From a virus (Duplodnaviria; Caudoviricetes): a stretch of 39,238 nucleotides of DNA. Shown piece by piece: positions 27,733-35,790 of this stretch. The translations under genes and the position numbers were made by a program. The notes beneath the pieces are model-generated. The model had not been told where the DNA came from and did not search any database. It saw nothing but the letters and a program-made list of their open reading frames with translations. The stretch is from positions 1 through 39,238 of IMG/VR virus record IMGVR_UViG_3300022181_000125, one strand, 5' to 3'. Numbering within the stretch: the stretch's first letter is position 1; each line of letters begins with the position of its first letter.

Positions 27733-28014
27733 TTAGCCCACCTCCATATTTCTAACTTGACGCATCAGAGTATCGCCATCCAAATTGGAAAGCAATTCAA
27801 ACCACCCAGAATGGAAGAAGCGTTCAACATCATCGCACTCGCCTTCATTCTTGATTATATTTTCCCTCAAGATGCGCTTCCGCTTATCCTTCATGGCCTC
27901 CTCAGTATCAAGGTCTGGCGTGTGCGGGTGCCGCTTTAGGAAGTGAATTGCTTCCCGGTAGTCCTTCACTGCTTGGACAATAATTGCATTTGCTAAACTT
28001 TCATAGGGTTCCAT
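27733..28014 (-). CDS. Conserved hypothetical phage protein
   Basis: YE.LANAII.QAVKDYR...ERFF.S.WF..L pattern; start moved to ATG 28014. Confidence 0.75.
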   Translation of the reverse strand: MEPYESLANAIIVQAVKDYREAIHFLKRHPHTPDLDTEEAMKDKRKRILRENIIKNEGECDDVERFFHSGWFELLSNLDGDTLMRQVRNMEVG

Positions 28015-28065
28015 AATCGTACCTCCGATAAATTTGGATTTCTCTCGGATTGGCACGGATTGTCT

Positions 28066-29449
28066 TTAATTGACTCTCATTTGCAGATCAGCTTTGACAG
28101 CATCGATTAGCGCCGACTGGCTTTTATCCTTTAAGGACAGAGCCCTCAAAACACGTTCATCAATCGTGCCTTTGGTAACGATGTGCTGCACCACAACCGT
28201 TTCAGCTGTTTGGCCTTGTCGCCAAAGCCTAGCATTTGTTTGTTGATATAACTCTAATGACCAGGTAAGACCGAACCAGACAATGCATGAGCCGCCGGCC
28301 TGAAGATTTAAGCCATGTCCTGCAGATGCGGGATGAATTAAACCAACCGGTATTTCCTTGTTGTTCCACCTTCGAATACTTTCAGCAGTATCCAACTTAG
28401 AAAATGAGACCTTTATGCTTTGAAGCTTTTCTAAGATTCTTTCGTAGTCGTGCTTATACCAATAGGCCACGAGTATTGGCTTTCCTGCAGATGCCTCAAT
28501 GATGTCCTCCAAGGCATCCAGCTTCTGATTATGGATGACTTCTGTTCCACCACTGTCGATATAAATGGCGCCGTTGGCCATCTGACAGAGCTTATTAGAA
28601 AGTGCCGCAGCATTTGCCGCTGTAACCTCACCACCAGGCAGCTCCAGGACAAGGTCTCTTGCTAATTCGTCGTAGCGTTTTGCCTCTTTTTCAGAAAGGA
28701 TAACCGTATGTTCACTGCTGATCAGCTCAGGCATCATCAGGTAATCCGTCGACTTCATGGAAATCGTAATGTCGGAGATTTTCTGGTAGATGCATTGCTC
28801 CGCTCCGGGAAGTGGCTTGTAGCTGAAAATGATCTGGCCATTTCTCTTATCCGGCATAAAGTAGTTACTGCGAAATGCAGTGATGAACCGTCCAAGCCTA
28901 GCGCCCATGTCCAGCAACTTAAACTCAGCCCATAAATCCATTAGACCATTGCTGCTCGGTGTTCCGGTCATACCAATCATGCGTTTTACTTTTGGGCGCA
29001 CCTTCATTAGTGACTTAAAGCGCTTAGCCTGATGATTTTTGAAGGAAGAAAGCTCATCGATAATGACCGTATCAAAATCAAACGACAGCCCGCTCTCATC
29101 AATAAGCCAGCAAAGATTTTCACGGTTTATGACATAGATATCTGCTGCCGCTTTTAACGCCCTAATCCGTTCAGCAGTGCTTCCTACTGCAACAGAAACA
29201 ATCAGGTCGGATAGATGATCCCATTTTTCGATTTCAGCTGGCCAGGTATCTCTTGCCACTCGAAGCGGGGCTACCACCAACACCTTGTGTGCATCGAAGT
29301 AATCAAACAGCAGGTTATTGATAGCAGTCAGGGCAATGCTTGTTTTACCTATTTCAGCCCAAGCCCATATCAAGTAAAATTGCTGACATGGGCTTGGATT
29401 CTATGAAATCAATTGCGTACTGTTGATACGCATGTGGTGTATATTTCAT
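28066..29449 (-). CDS. SNF2-family helicase interrupted by 10 nt in motif I (candidate ribosomal bypass; 457 aa if bypassed)
   Basis: ATG 29449 with GGAGG encodes MKYTPHAYQQYAIDFIESKPMSAILLDMGLG then TGA. KTSIALT resumes at 29346 in another frame. APLRVA, IIDELS, TGTP, SAGHGLNLQ and Q.NARLWRQGQ are intact. Confidence 0.9.
29347..29398 (-). other. Candidate recoding signal: 15-bp hairpin + GGC/TGA/AATA/GGT coding gap
   Basis: UCCAAGCCCAUGUCA (29398..29384) pairs with UGAUAUGGGCUUGGG (29372..29358); take-off GGC 29359..29357, stop 29356..29354, landing GGT 29349..29347. Confidence 0.65.
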
Positions 29450-29943
29450 TTTTGCATCACCTCCTCTTCTTCGATTCTTTTTAATTCGTTAATAAACCAA
29501 TTGATCTCCGCATGAAATTTGGCGTGCTCCGATTGCGATTTATAAACGCGGATATTGTTGATCCTGTTATTTCTCTTGTTGCCATCAATATGGTGGACAA
29601 CCTCACCGGTAATAAGTGGTCTTCCCAGAAACTCTTCTGCAACAACACGATGCTCATGTCTGCCATAATTTTTTGCATATGTTCTTCCTTCGCCTGAATT
29701 AAGGTGAGCATTCCTAATCTTTTCTCTTGTAGAAACCGTCATCCTTGTTGGATTCAATTGAAGATTTAAGTCATGCATGTTTTGGGAAATGTTGGTGTAA
29801 TCCTTTAAATCCATATAACGATCCGGATTCTTTTCCTTGCTACTAAAATCCGCAAAGCACTTTCTACTACAAAAATTGTGTGGCTTGATACGACTGCCAT
29901 ACCTTATTATGGGTTTGCCGCACCAGTCACAAATTAATCTCAT
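29446..29943 (-). CDS. Free-standing HNH homing-type endonuclease (N-terminal Cys4 zinc finger, NUMOD3-like motif, HNH_3)
   Basis: CDWC...FCSRKC; TREKIRNAH; HEHRVVAE..LGR.L...EVVHHIDGNKRNN...N......SEH...H; AT-richer than its neighbours and overlaps both. Confidence 0.88.
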   Translation of the reverse strand: MRLICDWCGKPIIRYGSRIKPHNFCSRKCFADFSSKEKNPDRYMDLKDYTNISQNMHDLNLQLNPTRMTVSTREKIRNAHLNSGEGRTYAKNYGRHEHRVVAEEFLGRPLITGEVVHHIDGNKRNNRINNIRVYKSQSEHAKFHAEINWFINELKRIEEEEVMQK

Positions 29944-30205
29944 CTAAAATCCCTCCAATCTGACTCGCATCGTCTAATATGAAAACTGAAAATCCTAATC
30001 CTCTAAGCAACTTGTGCCTTGCCATCTGTAATGGGCGTGGGCGCTTACCTTGAGCTTTGACCTCAACAAAGGCTATCTTTCCTTCAGGCAGTAGAACGAT
30101 TCGATCCGGCATACCATCAAAGCCTGGGGATACAAACTTCAACGCCAGCCCGCCGCGCTTTTTTGCTTTTAAAGTTAACTTCTTTTCAATCTCTTTTTCT
30201 CTCAT
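29927..30205 (-). CDS. VRR-NUC domain nuclease
   Basis: E..IE..L, KFVSPG..GMPDRIVL, FVEVK, PLQ, GF.V. Confidence 0.92.
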   Translation of the reverse strand: MREKEIEKKLTLKAKKRGGLALKFVSPGFDGMPDRIVLLPEGKIAFVEVKAQGKRPRPLQMARHKLLRGLGFSVFILDDASQIGGILDEINL

Positions 30206-30227
30206 CGCTCTATCTCCATCAAAATTT

Positions 30228-30331
30228 GGTGGTGGTCATTATACTCATTCCATAAAACCCCCTATAGGCTATTTTTTACTTAAAAACCTCTCTATAGGGA
30301 CTTTTTGTATATGAGTATAATGAGGGTCACC
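30228..30331. repeat. About 104-bp imperfect palindrome after the primase gene (candidate replication origin)
   Basis: Concentric arms GGTG/CACC, TCATTATACTCAT/ATGAGTATAATGA, AAAA/TTTT, CCCTATAG/CTATAGGG and TTTTT/AAAAA share one centre (30279/30280). Confidence 0.75.
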
Positions 30332-30343
30332 AGTGACAGTCTT

Positions 30344-32596
30344 TTATGGTTGATTCAAAAAATCTTCATCTTTTACGCGCACTCCATAGATGAAAGAACC
30401 CTTATTTATCTTCTTGCGCGTAAAGCCTGCAAGTTCAACGGCCGTATAAAAATCGGTCGTGCTTCTCGTATACTCACCATTTCGTGCACAGTAATTACGA
30501 TATTCTTGATAAAAGGCACCGGACTTCTGCGAATAGTCCGGACCGATTTCACAGCAATCCTCAAGGAAGTTTGCCATCCAGTCATTGTTCTCTCTATAAC
30601 TATCAATCGCCTTACGAACACACTCAGGCGGTGATAAATGAAAGTTCTTACGTATTGCCTTCATGGCTCCTTCTACAATCCAGCTAAGGATATAGGGACC
30701 CGCCTCATGGAAGAGGTGGTCAGCGTAATTCTTCATATCACTGCTACCTTCAATCTTTGCATCGAAAGGAATGACAATCAGACGACGCCACGTCCCTGCG
30801 TCATTGGCACCTACACGGGGTAAATGGTTCGTATAAAGCACAAGCGTATGCGAAGGGGTGAACCTAAATGGATCTTTGTACTTTTTTTCAGCCGTAATCT
30901 CGTCTGTAGAACAAAGCTGTTTAATGATGGACGTATTAAGACGCATGCCCTCCTCAAGCTCTGCCGCGATGATGAGACGCTTGCCCTTAAGCTCTGCCAT
31001 TTCAGGCTTCACATTTCTACGACAGCCAACCGTCAAAGTGTCTGCAGACAAGGAACCGGAATAAGTACCAAGCACCCTGGATATGGTATTCCAGAAGGTG
31101 GATTTACCATTACGCCCTTCCCCATAAGCAATGATGATCGCTTCCAGGTAAACCTTACCGATGGCAGCAAGACCAACAATCTGCTGGACATATTCGATAA
31201 GCTCAGCATCATTACAAAAGAAAGTGCGAAGAGCTTGTTGCCAGATATCCTTGCCCTCTTCACCGGGCTTACTATTGGTCTGCTTCGTAATGAAGTCCGC
31301 GGCTTCTGGAAGCCTACTTTCACCCGTTTTTAGATCAATCGTTGCACCGGGTGTATTAAGTAAAAACTCATCCTTATCTAGATCTGAGACGCTGTGCTGC
31401 AGCATCGGCTTTGCCGCCTGGAGGGCCGCCATAACATATTTCATATCGCGACGCTTGAGCACAAACTTTTTATAAATTGTCGCGGCGGTATACATGCCAT
31501 ACGCGATTTGCTGTTCTTCGTTCAAATCTCCTAGGCCCTTGCCGGTAATGACAGCTGCTTTTTCTAGGCCCACCTTAACACAGGATTCCAGTGTTGATGC
31601 AACATGTGATTCAGCGTCAGCAAGCTGCTCATCAAGGAACTCCTCCATTGCACCGACGGCCTTCTGCTTTGACTCCACCCATTTTTCACCGTCATACCTT
31701 AAATAATCCGTTGCCTCGGTGAAGCAAAGCTCTGCATCATATTCACGAGCAAGTACTTTGGCCTGCCCAATATCGGAGTAATCTGTGGGTTTTAAAGAAG
31801 CAATATCTTTGTTAAAATCCTCCGGGGCCACATAGCCTTCCTGATCCTGAACCTTTTTAGCAAACTTCACCGCGCTATTCCATATGGTCGTCAGTTCATC
31901 CTCCTCGACGGCTGTCTCACACTTTTCTGCTTCCTTTAAGAAAAGGTCATGCGCTTTATCTCCAATCCCATAACGTTTTAGAACTCTGCCTGCGAAATGC
32001 GACAGGGTTTTATTGCGTCTGCCTGCTGGAATAACGGAGTGGTTTGACATCGCTTCGTCAAAATCCTCATCGACATCCTCCAGCACATCAAGAACGGAGA
32101 GCCAGCCTTCATGCCAGATCGCTTCATCGGAAGCGGCACCATAGATAAACCGTGCTGCATCCAGAGCGTTATCATCGAAGAACGGAAACTGCGCATAGAT
32201 TGCCTTTTTCAAATTGGCATAGGTATCCGCGCCCCCTACTGCATCGATTGAAAAATAAACATGAAACTTAGGTCTTGCTGTTTTGCCGTCTTTCGGGAGC
32301 ATATTGTTGCGGCTGGGCGCAATTGCATAGGATATATCCGGCATCAGTTCATCAAGAGTATCCGGCGTTATCCATTCAGCAGGATCATCGCTATGATCAT
32401 TATCACAATCCATAACGATAACATCAGACTTGAGGAAATTATCTGCACTGCGGTAGTTGTTCTCATATTCCGCACAAACGTGGTCTACCTTCACTGCTTC
32501 CTTCAGTTCATCCGCTGAGGTAACCACACATTTATTTGGATAGAAGCAGTTCTTCTGATTACCGGTGCAGTTTGCGGTACAGATCGTTAATTGCAT
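30344..32596 (-). CDS. Phage/plasmid primase-helicase (P4/D5 family)
   Basis: MDCD and PKFHVYF primase motifs, GRRN..L PriCT-like region, D5_N region, GEGRNGKST Walker A, TNHLP, WRRL. Confidence 0.93.
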   Translation of the reverse strand: MQLTICTANCTGNQKNCFYPNKCVVTSADELKEAVKVDHVCAEYENNYRSADNFLKSDVIVMDCDNDHSDDPAEWITPDTLDELMPDISYAIAPSRNNMLPKDGKTARPKFHVYFSIDAVGGADTYANLKKAIYAQFPFFDDNALDAARFIYGAASDEAIWHEGWLSVLDVLEDVDEDFDEAMSNHSVIPAGRRNKTLSHFAGRVLKRYGIGDKAHDLFLKEAEKCETAVEEDELTTIWNSAVKFAKKVQDQEGYVAPEDFNKDIASLKPTDYSDIGQAKVLAREYDAELCFTEATDYLRYDGEKWVESKQKAVGAMEEFLDEQLADAESHVASTLESCVKVGLEKAAVITGKGLGDLNEEQQIAYGMYTAATIYKKFVLKRRDMKYVMAALQAAKPMLQHSVSDLDKDEFLLNTPGATIDLKTGESRLPEAADFITKQTNSKPGEEGKDIWQQALRTFFCNDAELIEYVQQIVGLAAIGKVYLEAIIIAYGEGRNGKSTFWNTISRVLGTYSGSLSADTLTVGCRRNVKPEMAELKGKRLIIAAELEEGMRLNTSIIKQLCSTDEITAEKKYKDPFRFTPSHTLVLYTNHLPRVGANDAGTWRRLIVIPFDAKIEGSSDMKNYADHLFHEAGPYILSWIVEGAMKAIRKNFHLSPPECVRKAIDSYRENNDWMANFLEDCCEIGPDYSQKSGAFYQEYRNYCARNGEYTRSTTDFYTAVELAGFTRKKINKGSFIYGVRVKDEDFLNQP

Positions 32597-33042
32597 GCCC
32601 CTACCTCCTTCATATCTTCAGAAAAATAGCGAATCGTCTTGTAGTGGCATTTGGCTTTCTCAATTTCTTTTTGCATGCCTTCCGTGATTCTGCTTCCTAT
32701 TACCCAGAGTTCGTTACACTTTCCGAGAAATACCATATTCATAAACATGGCAAGCTCGCGCTCCTCAGGAATAGCATCCGATAAGTATTGCGGCAGAAGC
32801 AGATGCGGTGCTAACGGGATATAACCCCTATCGACTGCTGATCTACTGTAGCTTCTGGCGTTCTCTGCGTTCTTGATCGTGTCACCACGATACGGAGAGC
32901 AGATATAAACCAGTGGAAGAAATGGTTTCTCTGCTTTTTTAATGTTTGACAGCGCTTCATAGGCTGTCGGGTCCTTTAAACCGGAAGCATTCTTTCTGTC
33001 AACTTTTCCTGGACCATATTGAATCTTTACTTGTTCGTCCAT
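32587..33042 (-). CDS. DUF4406-like (nucleoside deoxyribosyltransferase-like fold) protein
   Basis: VYICSPYRGD, P.APHL, C.ELWV.G..I.EGM..EI. Confidence 0.8.
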   Translation of the reverse strand: MDEQVKIQYGPGKVDRKNASGLKDPTAYEALSNIKKAEKPFLPLVYICSPYRGDTIKNAENARSYSRSAVDRGYIPLAPHLLLPQYLSDAIPEERELAMFMNMVFLGKCNELWVIGSRITEGMQKEIEKAKCHYKTIRYFSEDMKEVGACN

Positions 33043-33076
33043 GAGCGAACCTCCTTATTTTTATTAGAGGTAAAGT

Positions 33077-33118
33077 CCCTCTAACAGTCCCAGGACAGAA
33101 ACCGCCACTTTGAACGAA
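33077..33118 (-). promoter_or_regulatory. Bipartite motif copy 2
   Basis: TTCGTTCA-N13-TGTCCTGGGACTGTTAGAGGG facing the primase operon. Confidence 0.7.
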
Positions 33119-33154
33119 CTTTTTTATAATTAAATTTTTCTTCCTTATATAAGC

Positions 33155-33186
33155 GACAGCAGACTAAAAATCTGCTGTCTTTTTTT
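33155..33186 (+). terminator. Terminator-like hairpin between the divergent motif copies
   Basis: GACAGCAGA-CTAAAAA-TCTGCTGTC followed by 7 T. Confidence 0.6.
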
Positions 33187-33218
33187 CGTTCATTTCCGTT
33201 CTAAGTGTCCTGGGACTA
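33185..33218 (+). promoter_or_regulatory. Bipartite motif copy 3
   Basis: TTCGTTCA-N13-TGTCCTGGGACTA. Confidence 0.7.
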
Positions 33219-33264
33219 GTGAAGGACATGAAAAATGTGTGGCCCGAAAAAATCCAAAAGATTA

Positions 33265-33304
33265 TTCGTTCAAACCACACAAAACTGTCCTGGGACTATT
33301 AGAG
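33265..33304 (+). promoter_or_regulatory. Bipartite motif copy 4
   Basis: TTCGTTCA-N13-TGTCCTGGGACTATTAGAG facing the DNA polymerase operon. Confidence 0.7.
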
Positions 33305-33339
33305 AGGGAATAACGCCTCTCGGGAAGGGAGGTAACCAC

Positions 33340-33516
33340 ATGCATACACAGACCCCTGCAGAGGCTTCGAAAGACCAGCAGCTTGATGAAGAACTTGCTG
33401 ACACTCTCACAGCCATCAGCGTTGTATCCAAAAGACTGGCCCAGAAAATCAAGGCCTTGTCTGCAAAGGAACAAGAAAAAAAGGAAGGAGGTACTCCAAA
33501 TGAGCAAGATGAGTGA
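33340..33516 (+). CDS. Small hypothetical protein (58 aa)
   Basis: GGAGG RBS before ATG 33340; overlaps the next gene. Confidence 0.6.
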   Translation: MHTQTPAEASKDQQLDEELADTLTAISVVSKRLAQKIKALSAKEQEKKEGGTPNEQDE

Positions 33517-33817
33517 ACTGAGTCAGGTTCTGTCTGAACTAAAGGACTGCGGACAAACCCTCATGAACATTGCGGACTCGCTTACTGAGCTTTTCTCAAG
33601 CACATCGGCCGGTCACAAAATTCCCGCTCCACCGACAGAGGAACCGAGACCAGCGTATTCATTTGTAGAGGTTCGGAAGAAGTTTGCAGAAATGTCCAGA
33701 GCCGGACACACAGACGCGCTTAAGGATCTGTTGAAAAAACACGGTGCAGACAAACTCTCCAGCATAGACCCGTCACAGTACGCCGCATTGCTTGCGGATG
33801 CGGAGGCAATTCAATGA
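33500..33817 (+). CDS. Conserved phage protein preceding DUF2800
   Basis: AAGGAGG RBS; VR..FA..SRAG.T..LK.LL.KHGA.KLS.ID...Y..LL.DA motif. Confidence 0.75.
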   Translation: MSKMSELSQVLSELKDCGQTLMNIADSLTELFSSTSAGHKIPAPPTEEPRPAYSFVEVRKKFAEMSRAGHTDALKDLLKKHGADKLSSIDPSQYAALLADAEAIQ

Positions 33818-34968
33818 GCGTAAAACACGCACTGCTTTCCGCATCGTCGGCACACCGTTGGATCTCATGTCCGCCATCAGCCCTACTTAGTAAGAAGTTC
33901 GACGATTCTTCAAGCAGCTTTGCACAGGAAGGCACCGATGCTCACACCCTCGCGCAGCACAAGCTGGAAAAATTGCTGGGACTTCCTACAAAGGACCCGA
34001 CTGAATCACTAAGCTTCTACTGTGAGGAAATGAACGATCACGCGGAAAATTATGCGGCCTTTGTGCTGGAACAAGTTGAGAAAACAAGGGAAACCTGCCT
34101 TGATCCTCAGGTACTAATTGAGCAGAAGCTCGATTTCTCAAGGTATGTCCCAGAAGGGTTTGGCCATGTGGACTGCCTGATTATCGCAGATGGCACACTT
34201 ACCGTAATTGACTATAAATACGGACTTGGGATCAAGGTTTCATCGGAAAGAAATCCGCAGATGTTCTGCTATGCGCTTGGCGGCTTGGCACTGTTCGATG
34301 GGATCTACGACATCGACAATGTTCGCCTGGTCATCTATCAGCCGCGCAGAGAAAACATTAGCGAGTACAGCATCTCAAAGAGCGAACTTATCCAGTGGGC
34401 TGAGGACGTCTTGTCTCCTACTGCACAACTTGCCAGCAAGGGCGAGGGCGAATATAAAGCAGGCGAGCATTGTCAGTTCTGTAAGGCCAAAGCAACTTGT
34501 AGGAAGCGTGCCGAATACAACCTGGAGCTTGCCAAGTACGACTTTGAGGTGCCGGCCACGCTCGATCACGATGAGATCGCAGCCATCCTGACAAAAGCAG
34601 ATGAACTGGTTTCTTGGGTAAGCGATGTTAAGGAATATGCATTGAAGGAAGCGCTAAACGGTACCAAGTTTGAAGGATTCAAATTAGTTGCCGGTCGGTC
34701 CAACAGGAAATACACAGACGAAGCTGCCGCAGCTGATCTCGTTATTGCAGCCGGTAAAGACCCCTACGAGAAGAAGCTACTCGGCATCACTGCTATGACA
34801 GCACTTCTCGGCAAAAAGGCATTTGAAGATATTCTCGGTGGCCTAACCTATAAGCCGCCTGGAAAACCGGTCCTTGTTACCGCTGATGACAAAAGGCCTG
34901 AATTTAACTCAGCATATGAAGATTTTGATGAAAATCAAGGAGGAAAAAATCATGACAAAGACAGTTAA
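33814..34968 (+). CDS. DUF2800 PD-(D/E)XK (Cas4-like) nuclease
   Basis: HALLSASSAHRW..C, EGT.AH, EQ, G..D, DYKYG, Q...YA, C.FC.....C. Confidence 0.9.
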   Translation: MSVKHALLSASSAHRWISCPPSALLSKKFDDSSSSFAQEGTDAHTLAQHKLEKLLGLPTKDPTESLSFYCEEMNDHAENYAAFVLEQVEKTRETCLDPQVLIEQKLDFSRYVPEGFGHVDCLIIADGTLTVIDYKYGLGIKVSSERNPQMFCYALGGLALFDGIYDIDNVRLVIYQPRRENISEYSISKSELIQWAEDVLSPTAQLASKGEGEYKAGEHCQFCKAKATCRKRAEYNLELAKYDFEVPATLDHDEIAAILTKADELVSWVSDVKEYALKEALNGTKFEGFKLVAGRSNRKYTDEAAAADLVIAAGKDPYEKKLLGITAMTALLGKKAFEDILGGLTYKPPGKPVLVTADDKRPEFNSAYEDFDENQGGKNHDKDS

Positions 34969-35515
34969 TCCATTGAAAGTAGTTACTGGCCCTGATACCC
35001 GCTGGAGCTATGTGAATGCGTGGGAGCCTAAATCCATTAATGGCGGCACGCCCAAGTACAGTGTATCTCTCATTATCCCTAAGTCCGACACCAAGACCAT
35101 CCAGAAAGTAAAAGCTGCAATAGAAGCAGCCTACCACGAAGGCGAAAGCAAGCTTAAAGGCAATGGCCGCAGCGTACCGCCTCTTACAACCCTTAAGACC
35201 CCACTTCGTGATGGTGATTCGGAACGTCCTGATGATCCCGTTTACGCCAACGCATACTTTGTAAATGCCAACAACAGCTCTGCCCCTGGCATCGTAGATG
35301 CCGATCGTCAGCCTATCCTCGAGCGCTCTGAGATTTATTCCGGAGTTTATGGTCGGGCCAGCGTGAACTTCTACGCATTCAACACCAACGGAAATAAGGG
35401 AATCGCGTGTTCTCTTAATAACCTTCAGAAGATCCGTGATGGCGAGCCTCTTGGCGGTAAGTCAAACGCTGAAGATGACTTTGCCACTGAGGATGATGAC
35501 GATTTTCTTTCCTAA
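34952..35515 (+). CDS. DUF2815 single-stranded DNA-binding-like protein
   Basis: RWSY...EP, KYS.SLIIPK, PLRDGD, YSG.Y, L.N.QK..DGE.LGG, acidic tail DDDDFLS; start at ATG 34952. Confidence 0.9.
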   Translation: MTKTVNPLKVVTGPDTRWSYVNAWEPKSINGGTPKYSVSLIIPKSDTKTIQKVKAAIEAAYHEGESKLKGNGRSVPPLTTLKTPLRDGDSERPDDPVYANAYFVNANNSSAPGIVDADRQPILERSEIYSGVYGRASVNFYAFNTNGNKGIACSLNNLQKIRDGEPLGGKSNAEDDFATEDDDDFLS

Positions 35516-35584
35516 CAGGTAACGGTCAATCAGGGTGGTAGAAAACCTACCACCCTAGACAATCAAAGAAATGAGGTAAATCAT

Positions 35585-35734
35585 ATGAAAACTTTTCTTG
35601 TAATCGAATTGTTTGTTATGTATCAGCTGTTTGTAATCGGATTTCTGGTTATGGTAGCCAAGGATGTGATTGGCAGCATCAAGAAGCACAAAAAGGAAAA
35701 AGCGAAGAACTTTGATCCACTCGATAAGTTTTAA
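35585..35734 (+). CDS. Small single-pass membrane protein (49 aa)
   Basis: Below the ORF-track cutoff; GAGG RBS; hydrophobic residues 4-25 followed by a Lys-rich tail. Confidence 0.55.
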   Translation: MKTFLVIELFVMYQLFVIGFLVMVAKDVIGSIKKHKKEKAKNFDPLDKF

Positions 35735-35740
35735 TCGCTT

Positions 35741-35776
35741 GGGCGGTGGCACTTCTGCTGCCGCCCTTATTTTTTT
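35741..35776 (+). terminator. Terminator-like hairpin just upstream of the DNA polymerase gene
   Basis: GGGCGGTGGCA-CTTC-TGCTGCCGCCC followed by TTATTTTTTT. Confidence 0.7.
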
Positions 35777-35790
35777 GAAAGGAGGATCTT

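Noticed and set aside
29347-29373. ORF-track helicase start at TTG 29373 (MIWAWAEIGKT...)
   Set aside because: It has no SD sequence, sits within the hairpin, and would lose the YQ motif and the DMGL part of motif I, which are encoded in another frame from ATG 29449.
29347-29943. HNH gene as part of a group I intron or intein in the helicase
   Set aside because: The HNH ORF lies upstream of the helicase start and overlaps both neighbours, leaving no room for ribozyme sequence; the insert itself is only 10 nt.
2289-33104. 28-bp near-identical direct repeats (2289..2316, 33077..33104) as attL/attR
   Set aside because: Both are internal to the prophage, would exclude the recombinases and polymerase, and the same motif occurs twice more in inverted orientation.
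33077-33304. Clustered repeats near a Cas4-like gene as a mini CRISPR array
   Set aside because: Mixed orientations, a bipartite motif with variable interior and only two tandem copies; DUF2800 is a standard phage replication-module gene.
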